Source: Bacilli bacterium (GTDB lineage: Bacteria > Bacillota_I > Bacilli_A > RFN20 > CAG-826). Taken from it: a DNA stretch of 64,000 nt. Of the stretch, positions 35,397 to 43,788 are shown piece after piece. Position 1 is the first letter of the stretch. The number at the start of each line of letters is the position of its first letter. The DNA lies in NCBI GenBank assembly GCA_017454295.1, contig JAFTDF010000030.1, positions 3,896 to 67,895 of the forward strand, in the 5' to 3' direction. The notes beneath the pieces were generated by a model that worked only from the letters and a program-made list of their open reading frames with translations, made no database searches and was not told the DNA's origin. The position numbers and the translations under genes are program-made.

Positions 35397-36181
35397 GCCC
35401 CTGCCGGCTGCGTATAGAGTCCTTCCAAGTTCCGAAGGGGTTGGTTCGTAGACCCATAGAAGGTGACTTTTCCATTGGACGAATCCACTGCGACCGTGGC
35501 CGAGAATATACCCGTGTGGGTGGGCAGCCACCACGAAGCAAACGTGGTCCCTACATAGTAATAGGTGTATTTGTAGATACCGTTTTCAAATTTTAAACTC
35601 GAGGCAATCCAATTCGAGGCCGAGGGAATGGAGAAAAGAAGATCCAACGTCTTTTGCAGGTGTTCATACTTTTGGAACCGCATATGGCCGACTTGATTCC
35701 GCCACTCGGCGGTCGGGGCATAATCGAATTCCGCCGTCTTGGGGCAGATGACGCGAGTCGAATACGAGGTGGTTTGGCTTGAGCTAGAGACATCCCAATC
35801 CACCGCGACTTGGTAAAAGAAAGGCGTTTCCACTTCCACTTCGATACGGGTGGGTTTGTTGATCGAATCCTTGAAACGGTCGTCGCTGAAATTGACGCGG
35901 CAATGCTCGCGGGCTTCTTCCACGGAGTTAGAAGATTCCAAAAGGCGATCCGCTTTCTTCTCGGGATCGGTAGTAAACCAGGCGGGACGGAACGTGGATT
36001 TCCGTATGGAATTCAACACCTCGTCGTTTTCGCCGTGTAAGTAAAAGTCTTCGTCGAAGGGCGTGGTCTCCCCATCCGCCGGATCATAAGCGACCGGGGT
36101 GGTTTGGGGAGGCAATGCGCTGCTTCCCGCGCATGAAGCGAGGACCAATGCCAATAAGGGGAAGCGTTTCGACGAAGACAT
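35393..36181 (-). CDS. hypothetical lipoprotein
   Basis: 262 aa. Signal peptide and lipobox LLALVLASC. No recognisable domain. Its stop overlaps the convergent M32 gene stop. Confidence 0.65.
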   Translation of the reverse strand: MSSSKRFPLLALVLASCAGSSALPPQTTPVAYDPADGETTPFDEDFYLHGENDEVLNSIRKSTFRPAWFTTDPEKKADRLLESSNSVEEAREHCRVNFSDDRFKDSINKPTRIEVEVETPFFYQVAVDWDVSSSSQTTSYSTRVICPKTAEFDYAPTAEWRNQVGHMRFQKYEHLQKTLDLLFSIPSASNWIASSLKFENGIYKYTYYYVGTTFASWWLPTHTGIFSATVAVDSSNGKVTFYGSTNQPLRNLEGLYTQPAGA

Positions 36182-36188
36182 ATAAGGA

Positions 36189-37895
36189 TTAATCTATTTT
36201 GTAGCTCTTGAGTTCTTTGAGCAAAGGCTTGATGGCCTTTTCGATGGTATGGGGCTCGAAGGGATCCTTCATATGGGCCTTCTTCACCAAAGTGCGGAAG
36301 GGATATTTGCCGCCCATCTTGCATAGGGCGATATAACGTTTCCAGGCCTTTTCGTGGTCCTTACGGTCGAGGTTGAAGAACTGGAAGGCCATGACCTGGG
36401 CCAAGGTGTAGTCGATGTAATAGAAGGGGCTACCGAAGATATGGCCCTGTCCGAGCCAGCGGTGGCCGGAAGCGAGATATTCGCAATCCTTATACAAGGC
36501 CACTTTATAGGGGGTGTATTTGAGTTCGAGTTCGTGCCACTTCGCATCACGTTCGGCCGGCGTGGCTTCGGGGTTTTCATAGACCCAGTGTTGGAATTCG
36601 TCGACCGTAACGCCATAGGGAAGGAAGGAGATGGCGTCGGCAAGGTGGACGTAACGATACCGCTCGGCGTTATCGAAGAAGGACTCCATATAGGGATGGG
36701 CAAAGAATTCCATCGACATGGAATCGATTTCGGCTTCGTCCATGGTGCCCATACGATATTCCGGGACGGGGATATTCGCGCTTAAGAACCCTTGGAGCGA
36801 ATGACCGAACTCGTGGGTGAGAACATCGACGTCCCCGCTGGTGCCATTGAAGTTGGAGAAGATGAAGGAGGTGCCATAGACCGGGAAGAAGGTCATGTAT
36901 CCACCACCCTGTTTGCCCGGACGGGCTTCGAGATCCAGGACATGGTGTTCGGCCATGAACCGGAAATAATAGGAAGTCTCGGGGGACATCTTATCGTACA
37001 TGGCTTGGGCCAAGGCGATCTTCTCTTGCGTCGTGCCCTTGGGCAAGGGGTTGCCGTCAGGGAACATCACACTTAAATCGTAGATGTGCGAATCGCGGAT
37101 TTTCGTCCGTTTGAACTGGTCTTTGCAGAGTTTTCCGGCAATCGGGGTCACAACGCGGGCGATTTCGTCGCGGTAGAAGGCGACGTCTTGGGGGCGATAG
37201 TCGTAACGGCCCATACGGAGATATCCAAGGGCGACATAGTTATCGAAGCCAAGTTTCTTTGCCATCTCGGTGCGGACCTTGACGAGCTTGTCGTAGATTT
37301 CCTCGATCTCGTCGACCTTTTCGGAAAGGGCGGCATAGTAGGCTTCGCTGGCTTTCTTGCGGGTCTCACGGTTTTGGTCTTGGAGGAACTTGCCCATTTG
37401 GGAAAGATTGTATTCGCCGTCTTGGAATTTGACGCGGATGGAGGCCATTAAGGTCGAATACTGCATCGAGAGTTTATTCTCCTCGGTGGCTTCGGGGATG
37501 ATTTTCTCGTCAAAGCTCTTCAGGCTGTATTCATACATCTGGAAGAGGAAGGAACCGAGCTTCTTTTCCAAATAGGGACGGAAGGGGGATTCGACCATTG
37601 CCTTCTGGAACGAGGTTTCCGCGTTTTGAACTAAGGGCATGCCTTCGTTGATGACGTTCATCGCCTTTTCATATTTCTTATTGGTGGTATCGAGGGAATA
37701 CAAAACCTCGACATGAGTGGCTTCGTTGCCAACCTTGTCCATGGCTTTGTTGTGCTTCTTGACGACGGCAAGGGCCGCTTTCTCGTCCGAGGCGTTCTTC
37801 AAAGCTTCGGTGAAGCCGTTGACCTGAGCGACGACTTTCTGGATGTTGGGAACACGGAACGGCCATTCCTCGAACACGGGGATTTCTTTTTTCAT
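36189..37895 (-). CDS. pepF: M3 family oligoendopeptidase F
   Basis: 568 aa. Zinc motif THEFGHSLQG and M3B-type architecture. Confidence 0.88.
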   Translation of the reverse strand: MKKEIPVFEEWPFRVPNIQKVVAQVNGFTEALKNASDEKAALAVVKKHNKAMDKVGNEATHVEVLYSLDTTNKKYEKAMNVINEGMPLVQNAETSFQKAMVESPFRPYLEKKLGSFLFQMYEYSLKSFDEKIIPEATEENKLSMQYSTLMASIRVKFQDGEYNLSQMGKFLQDQNRETRKKASEAYYAALSEKVDEIEEIYDKLVKVRTEMAKKLGFDNYVALGYLRMGRYDYRPQDVAFYRDEIARVVTPIAGKLCKDQFKRTKIRDSHIYDLSVMFPDGNPLPKGTTQEKIALAQAMYDKMSPETSYYFRFMAEHHVLDLEARPGKQGGGYMTFFPVYGTSFIFSNFNGTSGDVDVLTHEFGHSLQGFLSANIPVPEYRMGTMDEAEIDSMSMEFFAHPYMESFFDNAERYRYVHLADAISFLPYGVTVDEFQHWVYENPEATPAERDAKWHELELKYTPYKVALYKDCEYLASGHRWLGQGHIFGSPFYYIDYTLAQVMAFQFFNLDRKDHEKAWKRYIALCKMGGKYPFRTLVKKAHMKDPFEPHTIEKAIKPLLKELKSYKID

Positions 37896-38278
37896 AGGGA
37901 CTCCTTTTCCAAAGAATAAGGGCGGCGTGGCTTGGCCGTCTTTTCTTTGCGTTTCAATTTGGGCAAAAACGCCAGGGCGATCTCTTTGCCTTTGTTAGAA
38001 AGATAGAGGTAATACTCATCGTAATCCCGGCTATAGGTTTGGTGGAGATAGCCATGCCGCACCAACCAATGGACCGCCGTCTTGCCTTGCCGCCCCGAAA
38101 GGGAAAGCAACGCCCCATTGCCTGAAAGAGCAGATGCCCATGCCTCGGGGAGATTCCCTTGGAGCAGGGTCACGACCCCATCGGCGCTAAGCAGATGCCC
38201 GGCCTCATCGGCTTGGAGCACCGCCGCAAGGATCTTTTTGTGGCGATTGGTCAAGGTTGGTTCGCGTTTTTCGACCAT
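37892..38278 (-). CDS. small winged-helix protein (RQC-like), translationally coupled to pepF
   Basis: Start MVEKREPTLTNRHKKIL at 38278, with TATAAT 7 nt upstream. The pattern LLQGN....W...LSGNGALLSLSGRQGKTAVHWLVRHGYL resembles the RecQ RQC winged helix. The stop overlaps the pepF ATG (ATGA). Confidence 0.5.
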   Translation of the reverse strand: MVEKREPTLTNRHKKILAAVLQADEAGHLLSADGVVTLLQGNLPEAWASALSGNGALLSLSGRQGKTAVHWLVRHGYLHQTYSRDYDEYYLYLSNKGKEIALAFLPKLKRKEKTAKPRRPYSLEKESL

Positions 38279-38285
38279 GGCGCCT

Positions 38286-38291
38286 ATTATA
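38286..38291 (-). promoter_or_regulatory. -10 box TATAAT 7 nt upstream of the winged-helix gene ATG; leaderless-type promoter
   Basis: Minus strand reads ggatTATAATaggcgccATG. Confidence 0.5.
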
Positions 38292-38322
38292 ATCCTTCCC
38301 ATAAATATGGGAATCATCTTCC

Positions 38323-38351
38323 TTGAATCTTACTTGCAAGGTGCCTAGAAT
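38323..38351 (+). promoter_or_regulatory. promoter for the NifU-like gene giving a ~3-nt leader
   Basis: TTGAAT (38323-38328), 17 nt, TAGAAT (38346-38351), then 10 nt to the ATG at 38362. No SD. Confidence 0.5.
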
Positions 38352-38361
38352 AAGTCCCGTT

Positions 38362-38655
38362 ATGAACGAAGAAGAAACCATTAAGGCCATTGAAGCGGTC
38401 CTAGATAAAATCCGCCCCTTCCTCCAGCGGGATGGGGGCGACATCGATTACGTCGGCTTTCGCGATGGCGTCGTCTATGTGACGATGATCGGCGCTTGCG
38501 AAGGTTGCACGTTTGCCCAAGACGACATCGCTTCCGGCGTGGAAATCATCCTCATGGAAGAAGTCCCTGGCGTCATGGCGGTCCGTTCCGATAATGTGCC
38601 TGCCGATATCTTGGAAGCCTACATCAGCAAAAAAGCCCAGGCTGCCTTGAAATAA
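38362..38655 (+). CDS. NifU C-terminal domain (Nfu-type) Fe-S cluster carrier protein
   Basis: MNEEETIKAIEAVLDKIRPFLQRDGGDIDYVG...GACEGC (CxxC) motif. Confidence 0.85.
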   Translation: MNEEETIKAIEAVLDKIRPFLQRDGGDIDYVGFRDGVVYVTMIGACEGCTFAQDDIASGVEIILMEEVPGVMAVRSDNVPADILEAYISKKAQAALK

Positions 38656-38671
38656 GGTGCCTGGGTTTTCT

Positions 38672-40930
38672 TTAATCGTGTTTCCGAGCGAGGGTCTTTA
38701 ACAGTTCTAGCTGCCCGGTTTTGCTTTCTTTATATAGGTAGAGGTTCAACTTGGTCGAACCCACCAAAACATAAGTCACGTCTTCTTCGGCCACTTCGGT
38801 GACAAACCGGATCGCCAAGAACTCTTCTCCGTCTTCGTTCTTTTCCAAATACAAATCGTAGTTCTTCGGATTGCCATCGTAAGAAAGATGGAACGAATTC
38901 TTATCGATGGAAAGCAAATCCACGGTTCCGTCTTGCCAAGTGCCGGTGACATAGCTGAAGACAAAGGGTCGGAAATACAATCCATAGAAGTCTTGGCCCC
39001 AGACTTCGAAGGCGCCCAGATCCGGATTCACTTCATCGAATTCCAGGTTATTGGCAAAGACGCAGACGTCATCATGGAAGGCGGTGCCGAAGCGATAGGA
39101 GAAGTCATAATCGTCAATCCCGATATGGGCTTTCCGCGTGGTTTTATCGAAGATGACTTCCTGTAATCCGTCTTGGGTATCCGAAGCATAAAGGTGGCGC
39201 TCCGAATCGGTCTCGAAGAGCCATTCGTCCAAGACGGTGTTGGAGACATAGCCAATCCAACCGGAGTAATCGCCCCCTAACGCCCAGGCATTATAAAGCA
39301 TGCCTTTGGTGCGACGACGGAGATGGTATTGTTCTCCCGTGGACTCGGTCCAGTAATAGGTGACCGCGCCTCCGGTTTCAGCAACCGAAAGGGTGATATC
39401 GCGATTCCCGTCCCGCGTTGTCCAATACTTTGAGCCGTCGTCATTGCGGTAAATCTCGAGCACAACGTCAGATCGACCGATACCGGTATAGGGTCGCGAA
39501 GTTCCGCCTTCGGAGAGCTCTTTCGCGGGGATCATCGTAGCTTGGAAAGCAACCCGATGCTTTTCGTTATCTTTGCCGAGGATCGTGAGCCCCTCGGCAT
39601 TGAAGATGAAATCGATATAAGGGTCGCTTCCCTCGGGTGAGCCGAAGACCAAATGGAAACCTTGGGCATCCCGCATCAGGGTGCCTTTCCCATAGGTCTC
39701 GCCGGAGCCTTCGACGCCGCCGGAAAGGACGCCGCTTTCATCGAAAGCATAAGAGACCGTGGCTCCGTCATCGCGAAGATACTGGGTTCCGATGGCGGCC
39801 ACATCGTAGGAATAGATGACTTTATCGAAAGCGACCATGTCGCCGTTATCGGTGGCAACCATGCCCTTCTCATTGATGTGATAGTCGTCGCCATCGACTA
39901 CTTCATCCACCTTGATCGTCGCATGGCCTTCCTCATCCAAACTAACATAGGAAGACCAAGCGAATTCCGCCAAACGGGAATAGCCGGCTTTTTCGTTGTA
40001 TTCGAAGACGTTGAAGCATTTACGGGTGGAATTGAATTCGTTCCCGAATAGATAGGAAACATCCTGCCCCTCGGCCTTAAAAATGCCACGGAAGGATTCC
40101 AAAGACGGATAAGCCTTATCGACGAGGGTGGATCTCTCCCCACTATTGGCACTGATTTTTTCCACGGTGAGATATTTTTTCTGTCCTAACGTGAGATGGA
40201 GGAGATAGGTATGGTCGTTGAAGAGCTTGTCGCAGGTGATGGTAAGCAACGATTCCGCGGCATCCCCTTCTCCATAAGTCTCGGTGGAAATCGCGGTGGG
40301 TACCAGGTTTTGGTTATCCACCCGGATCCCGGATTCGTTGATGGCGACGGTCTTCCGGTCGTAATAGTAGTTCCCGTAAAGATAGCCAAGGTCTTCTTTG
40401 GTGAAACTGGGCCTTTCGACGGTGGAAATGAGGAATTGGACTTGATAGAAGACATTATCCCCGTTATCGGCGGTGATTTTGACGGTGGCTTCCTTTTGAC
40501 CTCCTATCAGCCGCATCGCGATGCATTGGGCATTCAGGAAAAGGCGATAGCTGACCTTGTCTTTATCGTCGGGTTCGGTCTCAAATTGGATGTTGGTGTA
40601 ACGGTCCTCGAAGCAGAACCAGAAATAATCCAGTCCCGCGGTGCGGACAATCCGGGTGTCGGGGTCATAGAAGGCGCAGCCCTCGAAGTGGCAATTCAAT
40701 TCGCGGATTTCCGGGCCGGTGCTAGCGGAGGATTCGGAAGAAGAACTCTCGGGAGCCAAACTTTCGGAGGCGGACTCCGAAGAGGGCTCGGAGGAAGGCT
40801 CCGATGATGGCTCGGAACTACTCATGGAAGAAGACGGGGCGCTAGAAACCTCGCTGGAGGAGGAAGAGGATTTCCCTCCGCAAGAGGCCAATAAAGCCAA
40901 ACAAAGGAACAAAGCGCCAATCTTTTTCAT
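38672..40930 (-). CDS. large hypothetical lipoprotein (752 aa) with a Ser-rich linker
   Basis: Lipobox LALLASC followed by ~60 aa of S/E/P repeats (SSEPSSEPSSEPSSES). No recognisable domain afterwards. Starts 1 nt after the upstream lipoprotein gene. Confidence 0.75.
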   Translation of the reverse strand: MKKIGALFLCLALLASCGGKSSSSSSEVSSAPSSSMSSSEPSSEPSSEPSSESASESLAPESSSSESSASTGPEIRELNCHFEGCAFYDPDTRIVRTAGLDYFWFCFEDRYTNIQFETEPDDKDKVSYRLFLNAQCIAMRLIGGQKEATVKITADNGDNVFYQVQFLISTVERPSFTKEDLGYLYGNYYYDRKTVAINESGIRVDNQNLVPTAISTETYGEGDAAESLLTITCDKLFNDHTYLLHLTLGQKKYLTVEKISANSGERSTLVDKAYPSLESFRGIFKAEGQDVSYLFGNEFNSTRKCFNVFEYNEKAGYSRLAEFAWSSYVSLDEEGHATIKVDEVVDGDDYHINEKGMVATDNGDMVAFDKVIYSYDVAAIGTQYLRDDGATVSYAFDESGVLSGGVEGSGETYGKGTLMRDAQGFHLVFGSPEGSDPYIDFIFNAEGLTILGKDNEKHRVAFQATMIPAKELSEGGTSRPYTGIGRSDVVLEIYRNDDGSKYWTTRDGNRDITLSVAETGGAVTYYWTESTGEQYHLRRRTKGMLYNAWALGGDYSGWIGYVSNTVLDEWLFETDSERHLYASDTQDGLQEVIFDKTTRKAHIGIDDYDFSYRFGTAFHDDVCVFANNLEFDEVNPDLGAFEVWGQDFYGLYFRPFVFSYVTGTWQDGTVDLLSIDKNSFHLSYDGNPKNYDLYLEKNEDGEEFLAIRFVTEVAEEDVTYVLVGSTKLNLYLYKESKTGQLELLKTLARKHD

Positions 40931-40931
40931 A

Positions 40932-43694
40932 TCAGTTCAACGAGTTTTCGGTATAGAGCCCATAGACGATGAGGTTTTGCTGCACATCGAGATATTCGTC
41001 GGTGCTCCACTGCTTGAAGGTGAAGCCCGCACCCATATATTGGTCGCGGTCGCTTCCTTCCGGCGGGGTGGCGGGGTGGCCCTTTTCCACCTCGTCGATC
41101 ATCAGCAGGTTCCCCTTCATAAACATGAAGTAGACCTCATAGGTGATGTAGTCGACCCAGTTGGAGTAGATATAGGTACGGGGATTGTCGGCGTTGTAGA
41201 CGATGTGGATGGTGTCATCGGGCTGATAGATGGTCGAACCGCCGTCGACGATATAACCGACGAACTTCTTGTGGTCTTTGATCAAGGCGCTCTTGGGCAA
41301 GGTCAGCGCCTGGCCATCGCGGTAGCGGCCACAGAGTTGGTTGTCGATGTAGACGGTCTGGACGTTGGTCGCCTCAAAGTTGACGGTAACCGTCTTGGTG
41401 CCGGCATCGCCGAACTTACCCGGGACGGTGGCGGTGAACTTCACCGGGGCGGTATCGTTCAAGATGAACTTGCCATTCTCGATCTTGACGTCGGTCACGG
41501 GTAGATCGTCCCCGTTTTCATCCTTCACGGAGGTGACCGCGTAATTAAAGACCGGCGTGTTATATTTGTCATCGCTGACGAAAGCCCCATACATCCAATG
41601 GATCTGGGTGGAGGCCGGCATGTCCGTCACGGTCGTGGACATCTTATTGCCGTCGAAGACCGCGGTACGGAGGAAGCCCATTTCGTTGAGATCGGTCTCG
41701 TTTTGCGTCAACGACACGGTCTGTTCCTTTTGCGAGAACTCGTTGATGGCATTCATATTGCCAATGCCCCAGAGCACCGTATCGGCGAGTGGCCACGTGT
41801 GATCCCAATCGAAGAAGAGAGCTTTCAGTTCGATGCCGAGTCTTGCGCCCCACCCGATTTCGACTTTGCCGCCAAAGGTGGCGTCGGCGTTCCATTCCCC
41901 GCCATCGACTTTGGTCATATGCAGACGGATGAAGCCTTGGATGGTGAAGTCCAGATAGACGTCGCAATAGACGCGGATGTGCAAATATTTGTAGAGACCG
42001 GCGATGCCAATCCCAAGGGAGGCCTCGATGCCGGCTTCGATGTAGATGGTGCCGAAGAAGACGATGGACCATTCGGTGGAGCCTTCGGACGATTCGCGGC
42101 TCGCCCCGGAATCGGAGCCTTTGCTCTCGTTGGAATAATTGATGACGACGTCACGGGAACGGGTCTTATACTGCAGATTCAAGCCCGCCTGGAGCTGGGT
42201 TTTGATATACAAATCGACTTCGAAGCGGATGACGACGGGGAAGAAGTAGTTAACGTCGATGTTAAATAACCGAAGCGTCTTGGTTTCTTGCCCGGTGATG
42301 CCTTTGGCACCGCCTCCGGAAATCGGGCATTTATCATCATGTTTGTTCTGATAAGCGGCCTGGTATTCGTCGTTGATCTGATCGTCGATTTCTTGCTCTT
42401 CCGGTGGTTTGTTCGTATAGGAAACGATGAGCTTAAAGTCGATGGTGAAGATAACGTCGCGAGTGACATAGACGGAATACTTGATGCCCACCGGGATGAT
42501 GAATTTCCATTCGATGCCGCAGCTTCCTTGGGCTTCCCAAGTCACTTCGACGGAAATGGTGAAGCTTAAGGCAATATGAAGATGTTCCTTGGGTTGGAAA
42601 TTAAGCGTGCCGATGATGGCAATCTTGAAGGTGCTGTTTGCGTAGGAGGTCTTGATATCCAAAGTCAGACGCGTGGTCCAGGAACCGCCATCGGGAATCA
42701 AAAGTTTCGGCGATTGGTCAATCGGGGTACCGGTGGCTTTTAACGCCGCCCTTAAAGCAGCTTTTGCTTCATCGGAATTCTTAACGTAATTGGCGATCGA
42801 ATCGGTATCGATGACGGGTTCGGCGTTATCGAGGGAAACCGGGGCGTTGGCCTTATCGATGTCCAGATTGTCGTAGAGGTCCTTGCCTTCGGTATCCCCA
42901 TAACGGACCAAATAGCCATCGCCGTTGGGGTTGCGGGAGCAGGATTTGAACGAGCCGTAGAAGCCGCTGCCGTCCTGGGGGTGCTGGGCGTCTTTGCCCA
43001 TCCCAAAGATCTGTCCTTCCCGGAGCTCGAGGGGGATCGGGTAAATGAAATAATCACCTAAAGCATCATCGCCTTCCTCAATGATGTTCTTCGCGTCGAA
43101 GAGTTGGATGTCGTCCTTCAGATCGCGGATGTCCTTGTTCTCCTCAACGGAGGCCGGGGCGCGGTGGAGGTTGAGGAAGATCTCGCGGACGCTGGGATCC
43201 TTTCCGTAGAAGGAGGCCTCCTCGTTCAATAAGGTGATCCGGTACAGTTCGGATCCGGAGAATCCGTCCGCGGCCGTGAAGCCGGCATAGCCGTCCTTGG
43301 AGGCGGGGACGACCGGAACCACATAGCCGTTTTGATCCTCGATTCGGAAATCGGCCGGTTTGGCCTTCAGCGAGGGGCGGAACATCCGCGGCGCATCGGG
43401 AACGACGTCGTTCACGCCTTGCAGACGAATGACGTAATCGGGGTCGGTCTCGAGCGAGGAGGTATCCACCTGATCCTCCACGAGGTCGGACCGGTCGATG
43501 TCGGGGAGGTCATCGACTTCCTCCACTGCCGCTTCCACCGGGACTTCGGAGAGCGCTTGTTCGATCGCCTCGTCTTCTTTTTGGGCGATTTGTTCCTCGC
43601 TTAATTGCGGAGCGGCGGAAAAGGTATCCTTGCCACAGGAGGTTATGGCCAGGACCGTCAACAATCCGGCCAAGATGAAATTGGTCTTTTTCAT
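40932..43694 (-). CDS. large hypothetical lipoprotein (920 aa) with a beta-rich central module and a C-terminal Listeria/Bacteroides-type repeat
   Basis: Lipobox LAITSC. The C-terminus has GAGFTFKQWSTDEYLDVQQNLIVYGLYT (Flg_new-like). TAAAAT lies 6 nt upstream of the ATG. Confidence 0.75.
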   Translation of the reverse strand: MKKTNFILAGLLTVLAITSCGKDTFSAAPQLSEEQIAQKEDEAIEQALSEVPVEAAVEEVDDLPDIDRSDLVEDQVDTSSLETDPDYVIRLQGVNDVVPDAPRMFRPSLKAKPADFRIEDQNGYVVPVVPASKDGYAGFTAADGFSGSELYRITLLNEEASFYGKDPSVREIFLNLHRAPASVEENKDIRDLKDDIQLFDAKNIIEEGDDALGDYFIYPIPLELREGQIFGMGKDAQHPQDGSGFYGSFKSCSRNPNGDGYLVRYGDTEGKDLYDNLDIDKANAPVSLDNAEPVIDTDSIANYVKNSDEAKAALRAALKATGTPIDQSPKLLIPDGGSWTTRLTLDIKTSYANSTFKIAIIGTLNFQPKEHLHIALSFTISVEVTWEAQGSCGIEWKFIIPVGIKYSVYVTRDVIFTIDFKLIVSYTNKPPEEQEIDDQINDEYQAAYQNKHDDKCPISGGGAKGITGQETKTLRLFNIDVNYFFPVVIRFEVDLYIKTQLQAGLNLQYKTRSRDVVINYSNESKGSDSGASRESSEGSTEWSIVFFGTIYIEAGIEASLGIGIAGLYKYLHIRVYCDVYLDFTIQGFIRLHMTKVDGGEWNADATFGGKVEIGWGARLGIELKALFFDWDHTWPLADTVLWGIGNMNAINEFSQKEQTVSLTQNETDLNEMGFLRTAVFDGNKMSTTVTDMPASTQIHWMYGAFVSDDKYNTPVFNYAVTSVKDENGDDLPVTDVKIENGKFILNDTAPVKFTATVPGKFGDAGTKTVTVNFEATNVQTVYIDNQLCGRYRDGQALTLPKSALIKDHKKFVGYIVDGGSTIYQPDDTIHIVYNADNPRTYIYSNWVDYITYEVYFMFMKGNLLMIDEVEKGHPATPPEGSDRDQYMGAGFTFKQWSTDEYLDVQQNLIVYGLYTENSLN

Positions 43695-43700
43695 AGGGGT

Positions 43701-43706
43701 ATTTTA
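43701..43706 (-). promoter_or_regulatory. -10 box TAAAAT 6 nt upstream of the 920-aa lipoprotein ATG; leaderless-type promoter
   Basis: Minus strand reads caaatTAAAATacccctATG. Confidence 0.45.
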
Positions 43707-43776
43707 ATTTGTCGCGTGTGTTGCACGCAAGTGGAACATTTTGCTAAAAGGCTACACAGCAAGCCGATTTGTTCCG

Positions 43777-43782
43777 TATAAT
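43777..43782 (+). promoter_or_regulatory. -10 box TATAAT 6 nt upstream of the 812-aa lipoprotein ATG; leaderless-type promoter
   Basis: ccgTATAATgttcccATG. No SD. Confidence 0.5.
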
Positions 43783-43788
43783 GTTCCC

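Noticed and set aside
40740-40880. Short tandem repeats (12-nt units encoding SSEP; similar tracts at 43870-43990) as a possible CRISPR or satellite array
   Set aside because: They are in-frame coding low-complexity linkers of lipoproteins. There is no repeat-spacer architecture and there are no cas genes.
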